Shown one piece after another: positions 28,975 to 39,410 of a DNA stretch of 64,000 nt. How positions within the stretch are numbered: the first letter of the stretch is position 1; every line of letters starts with the position of its first letter. The position numbers were made by a program, and so were the translations under genes. Source of the DNA: Alphaproteobacteria bacterium (GTDB lineage Bacteria; Pseudomonadota; Alphaproteobacteria; Rs-D84); NCBI GenBank assembly GCA_017630405.1, contig JAGBVH010000015.1:17026-81025 (forward strand). Direction: 5' to 3'. Under the pieces are notes generated by a model. That model was given only the letters and a program-made list of their open reading frames with translations, did no database searches and had not been told where the DNA came from.

Positions 28975-30123
28975 TTAACTCCCCTTTGCAGATAATTGTT
29001 GGTCTTTGTGAATATAGGCGTTTTGGCAAAGTCCAAATCCAAACATTAGTGATAACAAACTGCTGCCCCCAAATGACATCAATGGCAACGGTACCCCAAC
29101 GGTTGGCAGTAATCCCAAAACCATGGAAATATTTATAAAGTAATAAATGAAAAAGTTCAACATAAAACCAAAACAGATTAATTGCCCAAACCTGTTACGG
29201 CACATTTTTGCGGCCCAAAACAATACGATAATAATCCATGTATAAATCACAATCAGGCCAAAAGCACCGATAAATCCAAACTCTTCACCCAGCATAGTAA
29301 ATATAAAGTCTGTCTGTTTTTCCGGCAGAAATGATTGCTGTGACTGCGACCCTTGCATATATCCTTTACCCAACATACCGCCACTGCCAAAGGCAATTTT
29401 TGCCTGATTTATTTGGTATCCTGCACCCTGAACATCACTTTCAGGATTAAGGAAAGTTATAATGCGACCACGCTGATAATCATGCAGACCGCCAAACCAA
29501 ACAGCGGGCGCAGCCAACAGTCCAAGTATAGCCGCAATCACAAACCATTTCTTGTTTGCGCCAACTATATAAAATACCCCGACTGTGATCATACCAACAG
29601 ACAAAGCAGTCCCCAGGTCAGGCTGAGCAACAATTAAACCAAATGGTACCAATAACATCATTGCTGGCACAAGATAGTTTTTAAACTGTCCCAGTTCCAC
29701 CGAATTCATCCAGGCAAAATATCGTGCCAACGCCAGCACCAGCGCAATTTTAATCAATTCTGATGGTTGAATATGAATAAACCCAAGGTTAAGCCATCTT
29801 TGCGCACCCATACCTGTATGACCAACAAAAGTCACCAGTATAATCATAATCAACGCAACTGCATAAATTAAATACGCTGATTTAATCCAGGTTTTAATAT
29901 TTGAAAACGCCGCCACAAAGAATACGCCAAAACCTAATACAATCTTCATCAATTGTGACAAAGCATATGGTCGCCAATTACCACCACCAGCCGAATACAG
30001 AACGACAATAGATATTGTTAACACCAAACACATAGGTATAAACAACCCCCACGAAAAACGCGACAGTTTTTCTGAAAAACGCATCATATTAGCATTTGAA
30101 ACGCGTGTTTGTTGTTTTGCCAT
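28975..30123 (-). CDS. rodA: Peptidoglycan glycosyltransferase RodA (SEDS family)
   Basis: 382 aa and polytopic, with QPSELIKI and LPEKQTDFIFT motifs. Downstream of mrdA. Confidence 0.88.
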   Translation of the reverse strand: MAKQQTRVSNANMMRFSEKLSRFSWGLFIPMCLVLTISIVVLYSAGGGNWRPYALSQLMKIVLGFGVFFVAAFSNIKTWIKSAYLIYAVALIMIILVTFVGHTGMGAQRWLNLGFIHIQPSELIKIALVLALARYFAWMNSVELGQFKNYLVPAMMLLVPFGLIVAQPDLGTALSVGMITVGVFYIVGANKKWFVIAAILGLLAAPAVWFGGLHDYQRGRIITFLNPESDVQGAGYQINQAKIAFGSGGMLGKGYMQGSQSQQSFLPEKQTDFIFTMLGEEFGFIGAFGLIVIYTWIIIVLFWAAKMCRNRFGQLICFGFMLNFFIYYFINISMVLGLLPTVGVPLPLMSFGGSSLLSLMFGFGLCQNAYIHKDQQLSAKGS

Positions 30124-30126
30124 ATC

Positions 30127-31902
30127 TTACTTTGTTCCTTTTAAAAGTTCCTTCATAACCGCAGAAACGGTTCTTGCGGCCGGACCACTGCCGCCCGAGT
30201 GTTCAGTCACAACCGCAACCGCATATCGTGGATTATTTGTTGGCGCATATCCTACAAACAATCCATGATTTCGCATATTCCACTTTAATTGCTCGTTTGT
30301 TAAAACACCGCTGGCGCGTTCTGCTTTGGAAATACTTCGAACCTGTGAAGTTCCTGTTTTACCACCCATTTTTTGACCGTTTACATCGATTGCGCTGCCT
30401 GCGGCTGTACCGCCCTTTTTAGTCACTTGTTCCAGTCCCTTTAATACCGCCTTGATATTTTTTTGCTGCAGGTGCATAGATTCAAATTCTGTTTTTTTAT
30501 CATCATAAATCAATCTTGGGATTATAACCTTATTAGAAGCAGCGCGCCCCATCATAACAGCCAACTGCAGACAGTTTGCTAATATAAATCCCTGACCAAT
30601 TCCCGAAATAACAGTATCACCATGAACCCATTTATATCCAATTTGTTTTTCCTTCCAGTATCTATCTGGCATAACACCGGCCATTTCGCGTGATAAAATA
30701 TTATCCATATATTTTTGTGTCAGGCCCAGTCGTACAGCCATAGATTTAATCGCATCAATACCTATACGCAGCGCAACTTGATAAAAATAAATATCGCATG
30801 AATGTTTAAGCGCACCCGCTAAATCAACCCAACCATGACCTTCATCTTCCCAGCAGTGATATCTGCGGTCACCATAATCCCAGTGTCCAGGACAGAATAT
30901 TTTTTCGCGTTCTGTAATTGCGCCTGCTTCAAGTGCTGCCAACGCCACCACAATTTTAAATGTTGACCCTGGTGGATATAATCCTTCAATAGCCTTGTTC
31001 ATAAAAGGTTTAGCAAAGTCTTTGCGTAATGTATCAATATATTCTTCACTATCATATTCGTTGAACATATTTGGGTCAAAACTTGGCGTAGAAACCATTG
31101 CTAAAATATCACCGTTATTAATATCAATTGCAACACCGCAACCCGCACGATGCATAGACAATGCGTCATACATCACGCGTTGAATATTATCATTGATTGT
31201 TGTTCTGATATTTTGACCAATAATTGGTGGGATATATTGTGATTTGTCTTCGCCGGTCACGCGTCCAACAGCATTTGTAACCAGAACAGTTTGACCAGAA
31301 GTGCCTTTCATTTGTTCATCAAACTTCAATTCCAGTCCTGTTATACCTGTGGTTAAAAAAGGTGCATTTGCGACCGCGCGTTTTGGTGCACCAACATATC
31401 CAAATATCTGTGCGCCAGCCGGCCCCAGTTCATAAACACGGCCATATCCATTTTCGACATGTAATCCTGGCAGATTTCGTGCTTGTAATTTAGCAAGTGT
31501 TCCCCAATCTGTATTTTCGCTGACTAAAACCGGTTGAAATTTAAGTTGTTTTTTTACTTTGCTTCTAATTTTTTCAACTTTCTTGGGTTTTATATTTAAT
31601 TCTTTGGCAACTATATCAATCAGCGAGTTCACATCATGTGTTTCTTCTGGCACGATATAGATGCGATATATAGGCATATCACGCGATATAGGTGTTCCTG
31701 ATGAGGATAAAATCTTGCCTCTTTCAGGTGTGTTTATCTGGATTCTGAACGAGTTATTTTGGCTTTTTCTGGTGTATTCTTTATAACTAAAAAGTTGCAT
31801 CTGCAGCATTCTAAGAATTAATACAGATGTTAACACAGCACCACCTGTTAAAAACAGTGCGCTTCGTCTATCAAAAGTGCGAGAAACTTCTTTATCTATC
31901 AT
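30127..31902 (-). CDS. mrdA: Penicillin-binding protein 2 (elongasome transpeptidase)
   Basis: 591 aa with an N-terminal TM, SxxK (PGSTFKIV) and KTG (GGKTGTS). Confidence 0.9.
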   Translation of the reverse strand: MIDKEVSRTFDRRSALFLTGGAVLTSVLILRMLQMQLFSYKEYTRKSQNNSFRIQINTPERGKILSSSGTPISRDMPIYRIYIVPEETHDVNSLIDIVAKELNIKPKKVEKIRSKVKKQLKFQPVLVSENTDWGTLAKLQARNLPGLHVENGYGRVYELGPAGAQIFGYVGAPKRAVANAPFLTTGITGLELKFDEQMKGTSGQTVLVTNAVGRVTGEDKSQYIPPIIGQNIRTTINDNIQRVMYDALSMHRAGCGVAIDINNGDILAMVSTPSFDPNMFNEYDSEEYIDTLRKDFAKPFMNKAIEGLYPPGSTFKIVVALAALEAGAITEREKIFCPGHWDYGDRRYHCWEDEGHGWVDLAGALKHSCDIYFYQVALRIGIDAIKSMAVRLGLTQKYMDNILSREMAGVMPDRYWKEKQIGYKWVHGDTVISGIGQGFILANCLQLAVMMGRAASNKVIIPRLIYDDKKTEFESMHLQQKNIKAVLKGLEQVTKKGGTAAGSAIDVNGQKMGGKTGTSQVRSISKAERASGVLTNEQLKWNMRNHGLFVGYAPTNNPRYAVAVVTEHSGGSGPAARTVSAVMKELLKGTK

Positions 31903-32353
31903 TTATCGCCCTTTTGCTTATTTGTGTAATCGGATAATACAGAATACTTGTCCAAACAAACATCCAAATTGCATCCAAGAAATTCCAAAAACCAAAGTTT
32001 CTAAATAGTAATAAAACCAGTCCTGTTCCTATAAAAACCATAAACACAATTAAACCATTTTTATCAATACGTGATATGTCAATAAAACTTTGAAAACCGT
32101 TTATCGCATAGAACAGACAGTAAAATGCCAACCAAAAACAAATTGTCCCGAATTTATAGTCTATGATAAAGCAAATCATCGCGGCAAATGGCGCAAACCA
32201 ATTAACTGGTCGTACAAAAGAAAAGAAAAAAACAGGAATAATCGCTAAAAATCCAGCCTGATTCCATACCGAGCAGGATAAACGCCATAATCCGATTGAT
32301 AATAAAAACGGAAATGCGGTCTTCAGAAAAAGGACTATGTTTTCTTTTTTCAT
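31892..32353 (-). CDS. mreD: Rod shape-determining protein MreD
   Basis: 153-aa polytopic membrane protein between mreC and mrdA. The call rests mainly on position and hydrophobicity. Confidence 0.6.
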   Translation of the reverse strand: MKKENIVLFLKTAFPFLLSIGLWRLSCSVWNQAGFLAIIPVFFFSFVRPVNWFAPFAAMICFIIDYKFGTICFWLAFYCLFYAINGFQSFIDISRIDKNGLIVFMVFIGTGLVLLLFRNFGFWNFLDAIWMFVWTSILYYPITQISKRAINDR

Positions 32354-33171
32354 TTATATTCGTTGTTTTTATCAAATTGTAATACAATCACGCGTGATAT
32401 TTGTGTTGGTTTTGTGACAGTAACATCTGTATCTGTGACCAATTCACCAACCAATATACCGGCTGGCAATACACCGCTGATATTACTTGTAACTAGTTTT
32501 AATCCCTTGGCAGGCTGAAATTCTGGGTCACTAAAAAATCCCATACTTGGACGACTGCTGCCGTCACCGCGCATAAATCCATAGACTTCGGAACCCACAA
32601 TTCGTACCGCAATATTAGAATCAGAATCAGTCAATGCGCGTACCTTTGAAAAATCTGGTGCTGCATCAATAATAATCCCAACCAACTTATAATCTGTTGA
32701 TACAACAACCATCCCTGGTTCTATATCGCTGTTTGCGCCACGATTTATTATAAAAGTATTGTGTCCAATTGCCTGATTGTTTAAAACAACATCCGCCAGT
32801 ACTGTATTTTGTGGATAACTGTTTACAATATTAAGTTCCTTGGTCAGTTTTTTATTTTCTTCAATCGCGATTTGACATGCATTGTTATTTGCCAGTGCGT
32901 CATCAAGTCGTGCGCGTAATTCTTCGTTTTCGCTGCGCAGACTGGACAATTCGCCAATTCCATCAATAGTATCACCAACAACCCTGATTGGCCATGTGAT
33001 AACATTTCCAACCCATTGTGCGACCGGTACAACGATATGTCCCAACGCGTTCATCAGGTGATAATCTGGCTTTGCAATCATGATATAAATGAATAAAACG
33101 GGCAAAACCGCAGCCGCTGCAACGGCTTTTATCAATGGGTATAGTTTGGAAGATAGTTTATTCTGTTTCAT
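32350..33171 (-). CDS. mreC: Rod shape-determining protein MreC
   Basis: 273 aa with an N-terminal TM, a coiled coil (LRSENEELRARLDDA) and C-terminal beta domains (...VVSTDYKLVGIIID..., ...GILVGELV...). Confidence 0.8.
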   Translation of the reverse strand: MKQNKLSSKLYPLIKAVAAAAVLPVLFIYIMIAKPDYHLMNALGHIVVPVAQWVGNVITWPIRVVGDTIDGIGELSSLRSENEELRARLDDALANNNACQIAIEENKKLTKELNIVNSYPQNTVLADVVLNNQAIGHNTFIINRGANSDIEPGMVVVSTDYKLVGIIIDAAPDFSKVRALTDSDSNIAVRIVGSEVYGFMRGDGSSRPSMGFFSDPEFQPAKGLKLVTSNISGVLPAGILVGELVTDTDVTVTKPTQISRVIVLQFDKNNEYK

Positions 33172-33308
33172 CGGGCATACTTTAATCCCTAAAAGTCAAA
33201 TATTCAATAAAAACTTGATTTTTCATTTATTTGTGCCAAAATATGGGTCGGTCAAAGTGGCAGGCATTGCCATCAGACCATAAAACTATCTAAATAAAAG
33301 GATATAAA

Positions 33309-33512
33309 ATGCCAAAATTAAAAACAAAGTCATACTTGAAAAAACGCGCGTCTATGACCGCGACCGGTAAAATCCGTGTTGCCCGTAACGCCCATAAAAA
33401 GTTGCTGCGTAAGAAATCCGCACGTGCAAACAACGCGGGTTCTAAACCACAGTATTTGAACGAAAACATGGTCGGTCAGGCTAAAATCCTGGCTCCATAT
33501 GGTTTGAAATAA
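33309..33512 (+). CDS. rpmI: 50S ribosomal protein L35
   Basis: MPKLKTKSYLKKRASMTATGKIRVARNAHKKLL... Confidence 0.92.
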   Translation: MPKLKTKSYLKKRASMTATGKIRVARNAHKKLLRKKSARANNAGSKPQYLNENMVGQAKILAPYGLK

Positions 33513-33524
33513 TAGGGGGCGAAT

Positions 33525-33893
33525 ATGGCAAGAGTAAAACGCGGAACAACCGTAAAACAAAAACATAATAAAATTTTGGCGCGTGCCAAGGGTTACTTGG
33601 GCCGTCATCATTCAACATATCGCGCTGCCCGTGAAAAAACGGAAAAGGCAGGACAGTATGCATATCGCGATCGTCGTGTTAAAAAACGCGAATTTCGTGG
33701 TTTGTGGATTGTTCGTATCAATGCCGCTGTACGCGCAAATGGTATGACCTACAGCCAATTTATGAATGGTCTGAAAAAGGCTGGTATCGCACTGGACCGC
33801 AAGGTTTTGGCCGAAATGGCATATGCAGGCGATGCAAACTTTGTAAAATTGGTTGATACAGCGAAACGATTTATCACTGCCGAAAGCAAATAA
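33525..33893 (+). CDS. rplT: 50S ribosomal protein L20
   Basis: [29 protein letters not shown]... Confidence 0.95.
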   Translation: MARVKRGTTVKQKHNKILARAKGYLGRHHSTYRAAREKTEKAGQYAYRDRRVKKREFRGLWIVRINAAVRANGMTYSQFMNGLKKAGIALDRKVLAEMAYAGDANFVKLVDTAKRFITAESK

Positions 33894-33926
33894 TACCTTG
33901 TCGGCAGGTATCTGTTTTGTCATAAT

Positions 33927-33957
33927 AAAGCCGTCGTATGACGGCTTTTAGTTTTTT
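33927..33957 (+). terminator. Terminator after rplT
   Basis: AGCCGTC-GTAT-GACGGCT followed by TTTAGTTTTTT. Confidence 0.55.
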
Positions 33958-33986
33958 ATAACAGGTGTTAAATCAGGAAAGAAGTT

Positions 33987-34934
33987 ATGCAAGAACAAAT
34001 AAAAAATATAAATACACTGGAAGAATTACAGGCGCTTTATACCGCGACTTTCGGTAAAAATGGTACAATGACAATGCGTTTGCGCGAAATGAAGAATTTG
34101 GATAACAAAGCGCGCGCGGCCTTAAATCTTGAAAATACCGAATTGCGTGAATTATTCAAAACGCGTCAAAATGAAATCGAAAATGAAATTTTGATAGCTG
34201 GGCTAAAGAAGCAAAAATTGGATGTGTCTTTGAATGCTGCACCTGAAAATCGTGGTACATTACATCCGATGACTCAAAGTCTGGTTGAAATATCTTTTAT
34301 TCTGGAATCTTTTGGTTATAAACCATATACAGGCCCAGAAATAGAAGACGATTGGCATAACTTTACTGCATTGAACACACCTGCGCATCATCCTGCGCGT
34401 GATATGCAGGATACCTTCTTTTTGCCAAATGGTAATGTAATGCGTACCCAGACATCTGCGATTCAAATTCGTGCTATGGAATCTGATGGTGTGCCAATTA
34501 AAATGTTTGGTATTGGTTCGACTTATCGCAAAGAAATGGATGCGACACATGGTCCTATGTTTGGCCAGATAGAAGGTTTATATATAGATAAAGATATCAC
34601 AATGTCTGATTTGATTGCGGATATTCGCGCATTCTTGAAAAGATTCTTTGAAATGGATGAAGTTGTTTTGCGTATTCGTCCATCGTTCTTTCCATTTACA
34701 GACCCGTCTATCGAGGTTGACTTAAAGTGGAAAAACGATAAATGGTTGGAAATTATGGGTGCTGGTATGGTTCATCCAAATGTATTGCGTAATTGCGGAA
34801 TCAATCCAGATGAATATCAGGGCTTTGCCTTTGGTTTTGGTTGGGATAGATTGGCGATGTTAAAATATAATCTGCCAGACCTTCGTGATTTTCGTGGTAA
34901 CGATATAAGATGGTTAAAAAGTGCTGGATTTTAA
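33987..34934 (+). CDS. pheS: Phenylalanine--tRNA ligase alpha subunit
   Basis: 315 aa with class II aaRS motifs (...HPARDMQDTFF..., ...TSAIQIR..., GFAFGFGWDRLAML). Confidence 0.92.
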   Translation: MQEQIKNINTLEELQALYTATFGKNGTMTMRLREMKNLDNKARAALNLENTELRELFKTRQNEIENEILIAGLKKQKLDVSLNAAPENRGTLHPMTQSLVEISFILESFGYKPYTGPEIEDDWHNFTALNTPAHHPARDMQDTFFLPNGNVMRTQTSAIQIRAMESDGVPIKMFGIGSTYRKEMDATHGPMFGQIEGLYIDKDITMSDLIADIRAFLKRFFEMDEVVLRIRPSFFPFTDPSIEVDLKWKNDKWLEIMGAGMVHPNVLRNCGINPDEYQGFAFGFGWDRLAMLKYNLPDLRDFRGNDIRWLKSAGF

Positions 34935-34950
34935 TATTGGGGGATAGAAG

Positions 34951-37254
34951 ATGAAATGGACTTATGATTGGTTAAAGCAATATCTGAACACAGATTTATC
35001 AGCGCAACAAATTGCTGATACATTAACCAGAATTGGACTGGAAGTAGAAGATTTAACAACTCCTATCGCACCAATTGCTGCCAAGATAGTAGAGTGCACA
35101 GCACACGAAAACAGCGACCATTTACATGTGTTAAAGGTTGATGATGGTTCTGGTACACTTCGTCAGGTTGTATGTGGTGCCCCAAACGCGCGTGTTGGAT
35201 TAATATCTGCGCTGGCGGTTCCTGGTTGTGTTATTGGTGGACATGAAATTGTTTCTGGTAAACTTCGTGGTGTTGTGTCCGATGGTATGATGTGTTCTGC
35301 CAAAGAACTTGGAATTGGCGAAGATCACAGTGGTATTATTGAATTGCCAGAAGAAACAAAAATTGGTTCACCTGTTATTGATGCGAAAACCGTATTTGAT
35401 GCAGGAATTACACCAAATCGTCCTGATTATTTATCTGTTCGTGGTGTTGCGCGTGATTTGTCTGCGGCTGACGCTGGCGAATATATTGAACCAAAAACAC
35501 AAGAATTTAACTGTGTTTCAGGTAATCGTTCGGTTAATATAAAAACCGAAAAGTGCAGCGCATATAAAATGATTGAAATTCATGGGATTAATATGTGCCC
35601 AAGCAATCAAACAATTGCATCAAGATTGACTGCTATTGGTATCAATCCTAAAAATGCCGCTATCGATGCGACAAACTATATTTGTTATGATATGGGCCAG
35701 CCTATGCATTGTTTTGATGCGGACCAAATCGATGGTGATATCACTGTGCGTATGGCGAATTCTGGTGAGAAGTTTGTTGATTTGTTTGGTTCTGAACATG
35801 AATTGACCGAAAATGATATGGTTATCGCGGACAATTCAGGTATCTTGGCATTGGCTGGTGTAATCGGTGGTGCGCGTGGTTCAACAACAAATGAAACCAA
35901 GAACATTATCCTGGAATCAGCGTATTTTGATCCTGTATCTGTTCGTAAATCAGCAAAACGTATTGGTATGTCAACTGATGCGTCATACAGATATGAACGA
36001 GGTATAAACCCAACAATGACGGGTGATGCAGCGATGAACGCGGCTGATATTATTATAGAAACATGTGGTGGTAAAATAGTTGGCACTTTTGCGGCGGGTT
36101 CGGATAATACACCTGATGTAAAAATTGAATATTCTCCATCTTATTTTGCCAAGAAAACAGGCGTAGAATTGGACGGTGATACCCAGAAAAATATTCTTGA
36201 AAAATTAGGCTATACATTGAAAATTAAGGGCGATAAATGGGCTGTTGTACCACACCCTGCCCGCGTTGATGTTTTGATTCCTGAAACATTGGTTGCAGAT
36301 TTGTTGCGTATCTATGGCTATGAAAAGATTGGCACAAACAACAATCATACACATGGCGACATAAAACCTGAATATAAACATGATTTATATATCAAGCGTT
36401 CAATGGCGGCGCGTGGTTTGAATGAATGTTGTTCATACTGTTTTGGTAATTCAAAGACAGAAGAATTATTGTCGGATAAACCGATTATCAAAGTAGCGAA
36501 TCCTATCACATCTGAATTAGATACAGCGCGTAATAATTTGCTGGGCGGTTTGTTACAAACAGTATCCGAAAATGAAAAACGCGGATTCCCAGATGTAAAC
36601 TTGTTTGAACTTGGTACTATCTTTGATGGTGACACACCTGGTGCCCAGCATACAGGTCTGTGTGTTGTGCGTTCTGGGCGTAATGGTCCAAAGCATTGGA
36701 TGGGCCGCACACGCGATGTAGATATCTATGATGTAAAGTCAGATATTGTATCGTTGCTTAACGGTCAAAAGTTTACAATTTCTACTGAAAACACACCATT
36801 GTGGGCGCATCCATACCGTTATGGTGCAATTATGCAGGGTAAAAGAAAGTTGGCAGAGTTTGGTGAATTACATCCATCTGTTGCCAAAAAACTGCGTATA
36901 AAAACAAATGTTGTTATCGGTATTGTTGATGATATTAATGTACTGCCACATGCGCGTGGTGGTAAGAATATCACACCGTCTGAATTTCAACCAATAACAC
37001 GTGATTTTGCGTTCATAGTCGATACAGATACACCGGCGGAAAAATTAACTTCGGTCGCGGCAGCATCTGATAATCGTATCACCAGTGTTGTTGTGTTTGA
37101 TGCATTTGATATGGGGGATGGTAAAAAGTCTATTGCGTTTACAATCGCAATAGAACCATACGAAAATATGTCGGATACAGATTTACAGGCATTACAATCT
37201 TTGGTTATTAAAAATGTAGAATCAAAATGTAATGCGAAAATCCGCGACAAATAA
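34951..37254 (+). CDS. pheT: Phenylalanine--tRNA ligase beta subunit
   Basis: 767 aa with an N-terminal tRNA-binding domain (...LKVDDG...VVCGAPN...), B3/4 and B5 domains, and an FDX-ACB C-terminus. Confidence 0.92.
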   Translation: MKWTYDWLKQYLNTDLSAQQIADTLTRIGLEVEDLTTPIAPIAAKIVECTAHENSDHLHVLKVDDGSGTLRQVVCGAPNARVGLISALAVPGCVIGGHEIVSGKLRGVVSDGMMCSAKELGIGEDHSGIIELPEETKIGSPVIDAKTVFDAGITPNRPDYLSVRGVARDLSAADAGEYIEPKTQEFNCVSGNRSVNIKTEKCSAYKMIEIHGINMCPSNQTIASRLTAIGINPKNAAIDATNYICYDMGQPMHCFDADQIDGDITVRMANSGEKFVDLFGSEHELTENDMVIADNSGILALAGVIGGARGSTTNETKNIILESAYFDPVSVRKSAKRIGMSTDASYRYERGINPTMTGDAAMNAADIIIETCGGKIVGTFAAGSDNTPDVKIEYSPSYFAKKTGVELDGDTQKNILEKLGYTLKIKGDKWAVVPHPARVDVLIPETLVADLLRIYGYEKIGTNNNHTHGDIKPEYKHDLYIKRSMAARGLNECCSYCFGNSKTEELLSDKPIIKVANPITSELDTARNNLLGGLLQTVSENEKRGFPDVNLFELGTIFDGDTPGAQHTGLCVVRSGRNGPKHWMGRTRDVDIYDVKSDIVSLLNGQKFTISTENTPLWAHPYRYGAIMQGKRKLAEFGELHPSVAKKLRIKTNVVIGIVDDINVLPHARGGKNITPSEFQPITRDFAFIVDTDTPAEKLTSVAAASDNRITSVVVFDAFDMGDGKKSIAFTIAIEPYENMSDTDLQALQSLVIKNVESKCNAKIRDK

Positions 37255-37269
37255 TTTTCGCAAAATAAA

Positions 37270-37308
37270 TAAAAAGACAGGCATAGTTTGAAGTATGCCT
37301 GTTTTTTT
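37270..37308. terminator. Bidirectional terminator (pheT / der)
   Basis: AAAAAGACAGGCATA-loop-TATGCCTGTTTTTTT. Confidence 0.6.
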
Positions 37309-37324
37309 GACTAACATCTAACTA

Positions 37325-38659
37325 TCAATCAAATGGATTATCGGACTTTTTGTATTCAATTACAATAGGCAAATGTTCCCATTTAAGCGCGGTCGCAATT
37401 CCACGGCGCAGATATCGCGTATATGATTCAGGAATATCAGATGCCCCGCCAACATTGATTGTAATACGCATAGGATGACGACCTGTCTGACGCGCAAACT
37501 TGATTTTCATAGGTCTTTTAAGGCGAGACATAGGTGGTTGTCTTTCTGCAACTAATTTTTCAACAATTCTGTTGATTAAACTTGTTGGTGCCTGTGCGGT
37601 TGAAATATCCCATTGTTCGTAAATTCTGCGGAACATATTTTGAACACCTGTTCCGGTTTCTGCTGATACTGCCAAAATCATAGGCTTGATAATCTGGTGG
37701 AACGAGTTTGAAAACTGATGTTTTAATTTAAGCAGTTTTTCATCCCTTAATTCAGGTTCAATCAAATCCCATTTATTCAGCGCAACACACAAAATCTTAC
37801 CCGCATTATATATGCGGCCGGCAATTCCAAGAGCCTGATTTTCGATGTTTTTAGTCGCATCAACCATCAAAATAACGACATCAGCCTTTTCAATTGCATC
37901 CAGTGATTTAAGCGCAGACAATGTTTCTACATCATCTGTCACACCCGCTTTGCGGCGCAATCCTGCTGTATCCATCAGTAAAATATCACGACCATAGAAC
38001 TTGGTTGGGATTTTTACTGTATCGCGTGTAATACCAGGCGCGTCCATAACAATCTGTCGTTTTTCGCCTAATACGCGGTTAACAAAAGTTGATTTACCAA
38101 CATTAGGCTGGCCCAATATAGCAATCTTGATACGATTGTCGGCTGGCTTTTCTGTGTTTTCTTCGGTGTTTTCTGTTCCGGCGATTTTATCCAGAAAATC
38201 ATAGATTTCTGTAAATCCTGTCTTGTGTTCGGCAGAAATCATCACTGGATCGCCAAAGCCAAGTTTATAAAAATCATGAATGTTCGAAAGGCGTTTTTGT
38301 GATTCTGTTTTATTTACCAACAGCAAAATAGGTGCCTTGGTTTTACGGCGCACAAGACGCGCCCAATCCAAATCTTCGGATGTTAAACCTACGCGTCCAT
38401 CAACAACAAACAATACTGCGTCCGCATCAGAAATAGCAGCAATTGCCATATTGGTGGAATCCAGCGCAATACCAGTTTTTGCGTTTTCCAGCCCCGCTGT
38501 ATCAAACAACTGGTATGGTCGATTACAAAAAGTGCCGCCCATACAGTCGCGTGTAACACCTGGTCTGTCATGGACCAGTGCATCGCGTGTTCCCGTCAGG
38601 GCGTTATATAATGTGGACTTTCCTGTATTTGGTCGTCCGGCTATTGTTACTTTAATCAT
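37325..38659 (-). CDS. der: Ribosome-biogenesis GTPase Der (EngA)
   Basis: Two G domains (GRPNTGKST and GQPNVGKST) plus a KH-like C-terminus. Start set at MIKVTIAG. Confidence 0.92.
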   Translation of the reverse strand: MIKVTIAGRPNTGKSTLYNALTGTRDALVHDRPGVTRDCMGGTFCNRPYQLFDTAGLENAKTGIALDSTNMAIAAISDADAVLFVVDGRVGLTSEDLDWARLVRRKTKAPILLLVNKTESQKRLSNIHDFYKLGFGDPVMISAEHKTGFTEIYDFLDKIAGTENTEENTEKPADNRIKIAILGQPNVGKSTFVNRVLGEKRQIVMDAPGITRDTVKIPTKFYGRDILLMDTAGLRRKAGVTDDVETLSALKSLDAIEKADVVILMVDATKNIENQALGIAGRIYNAGKILCVALNKWDLIEPELRDEKLLKLKHQFSNSFHQIIKPMILAVSAETGTGVQNMFRRIYEQWDISTAQAPTSLINRIVEKLVAERQPPMSRLKRPMKIKFARQTGRHPMRITINVGGASDIPESYTRYLRRGIATALKWEHLPIVIEYKKSDNPFD

Positions 38660-38726
38660 AATTTTTTCCATTGATTTTTTGTAATTATAAAGCAAAAATA
38701 TAAATAATCAAATCAAGGGTTTGAAT

Positions 38727-39323
38727 ATGAAGAAAAAAATTAAAAACGCATTTAAACGCATTAAAAATCTGATTGTTAATCCAAAACGCTATTTTACCAA
38801 GATTGTTGCGGACGGAAATCTGGAAGAATCCATGTTAAAGGCCTTTTTGTATGGTTTGTTGGGCGGTATATTGGTTTTGTTAATTCGTCTGATTGGTGGT
38901 GCAACCATAACATTAGGTTCTGTATTCACAGCAATTATCATTGTTCCAGTCTTGGCGGTCACATTATTGTTTGTTATGGGCGGACTGATGATGTTGGTTT
39001 CTGAAATTACCGGGGGCGAGCGTGATTGGGAAATCGCGATTAAGGGGCTGGCATCTGTATTCTTTATCTATCCAGTTATATTGGTTTTAAATGCTTTAGC
39101 ATTTAATTGTACATCTATGTGGGTGATAAGCCTGTTGGTTGATGCTTATATCCTGTTCTTGTTCTATAATTTGTCCGTATATTGTATGCGCGGAAAAAGA
39201 AACAATGTAATCTTGGTCATAGGTATATTTGCTTTATTTATGGCGACAGTATATATATCTGATTATCGCATAGGTTGGTTTATGTTGAAAAATACAGGTG
39301 CAACCTTGGCGTGTTTATTGTAA
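38727..39323 (+). CDS. Yip1-family-like polytopic membrane protein
   Basis: About 198 aa. N-terminus ...LIVNPKRYFTKI... followed by five hydrophobic segments. Family assignment is tentative. Confidence 0.45.
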   Translation: MKKKIKNAFKRIKNLIVNPKRYFTKIVADGNLEESMLKAFLYGLLGGILVLLIRLIGGATITLGSVFTAIIIVPVLAVTLLFVMGGLMMLVSEITGGERDWEIAIKGLASVFFIYPVILVLNALAFNCTSMWVISLLVDAYILFLFYNLSVYCMRGKRNNVILVIGIFALFMATVYISDYRIGWFMLKNTGATLACLL

Positions 39324-39352
39324 AAATGCCGGCAAATGCCGGTATTTTTTTT
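39323..39352 (+). terminator. Terminator after the Yip1-like gene
   Basis: AAAAATGCCGGCAAATGCCGGTATTTTTTTT. Confidence 0.6.
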
Positions 39353-39410
39353 CTTATGTGATTTACCTTTGTCGTGATATAATATATGCTGAGATATTAT
39401 CGGAGAGGGT

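Noticed and set aside
28971-29042. The ORF track gives N-terminal extensions for topA. It does the same for ung (2996-3052), recF (42948-43007), pyrG (49288-49338), tolC (45052-45141), rfbB, rfbA, der, ychF, lptF and lptD.
   Set aside because: The conserved protein N-termini (for example MNLLIVESPSKAK, MNVKIEQSW, MAKYIFITGG, or a signal peptide) begin at internal ATGs that have better RBS or coupling context. The extensions would overlap upstream genes or terminators.
35685-36086. Assorted 60-160-aa antisense or out-of-frame ORFs lie inside gyrB, pheT, infB, virB4, topA, dnaG and other genes.
   Set aside because: All lie wholly within strongly supported long CDSs, and they lack start context or recognisable motifs.
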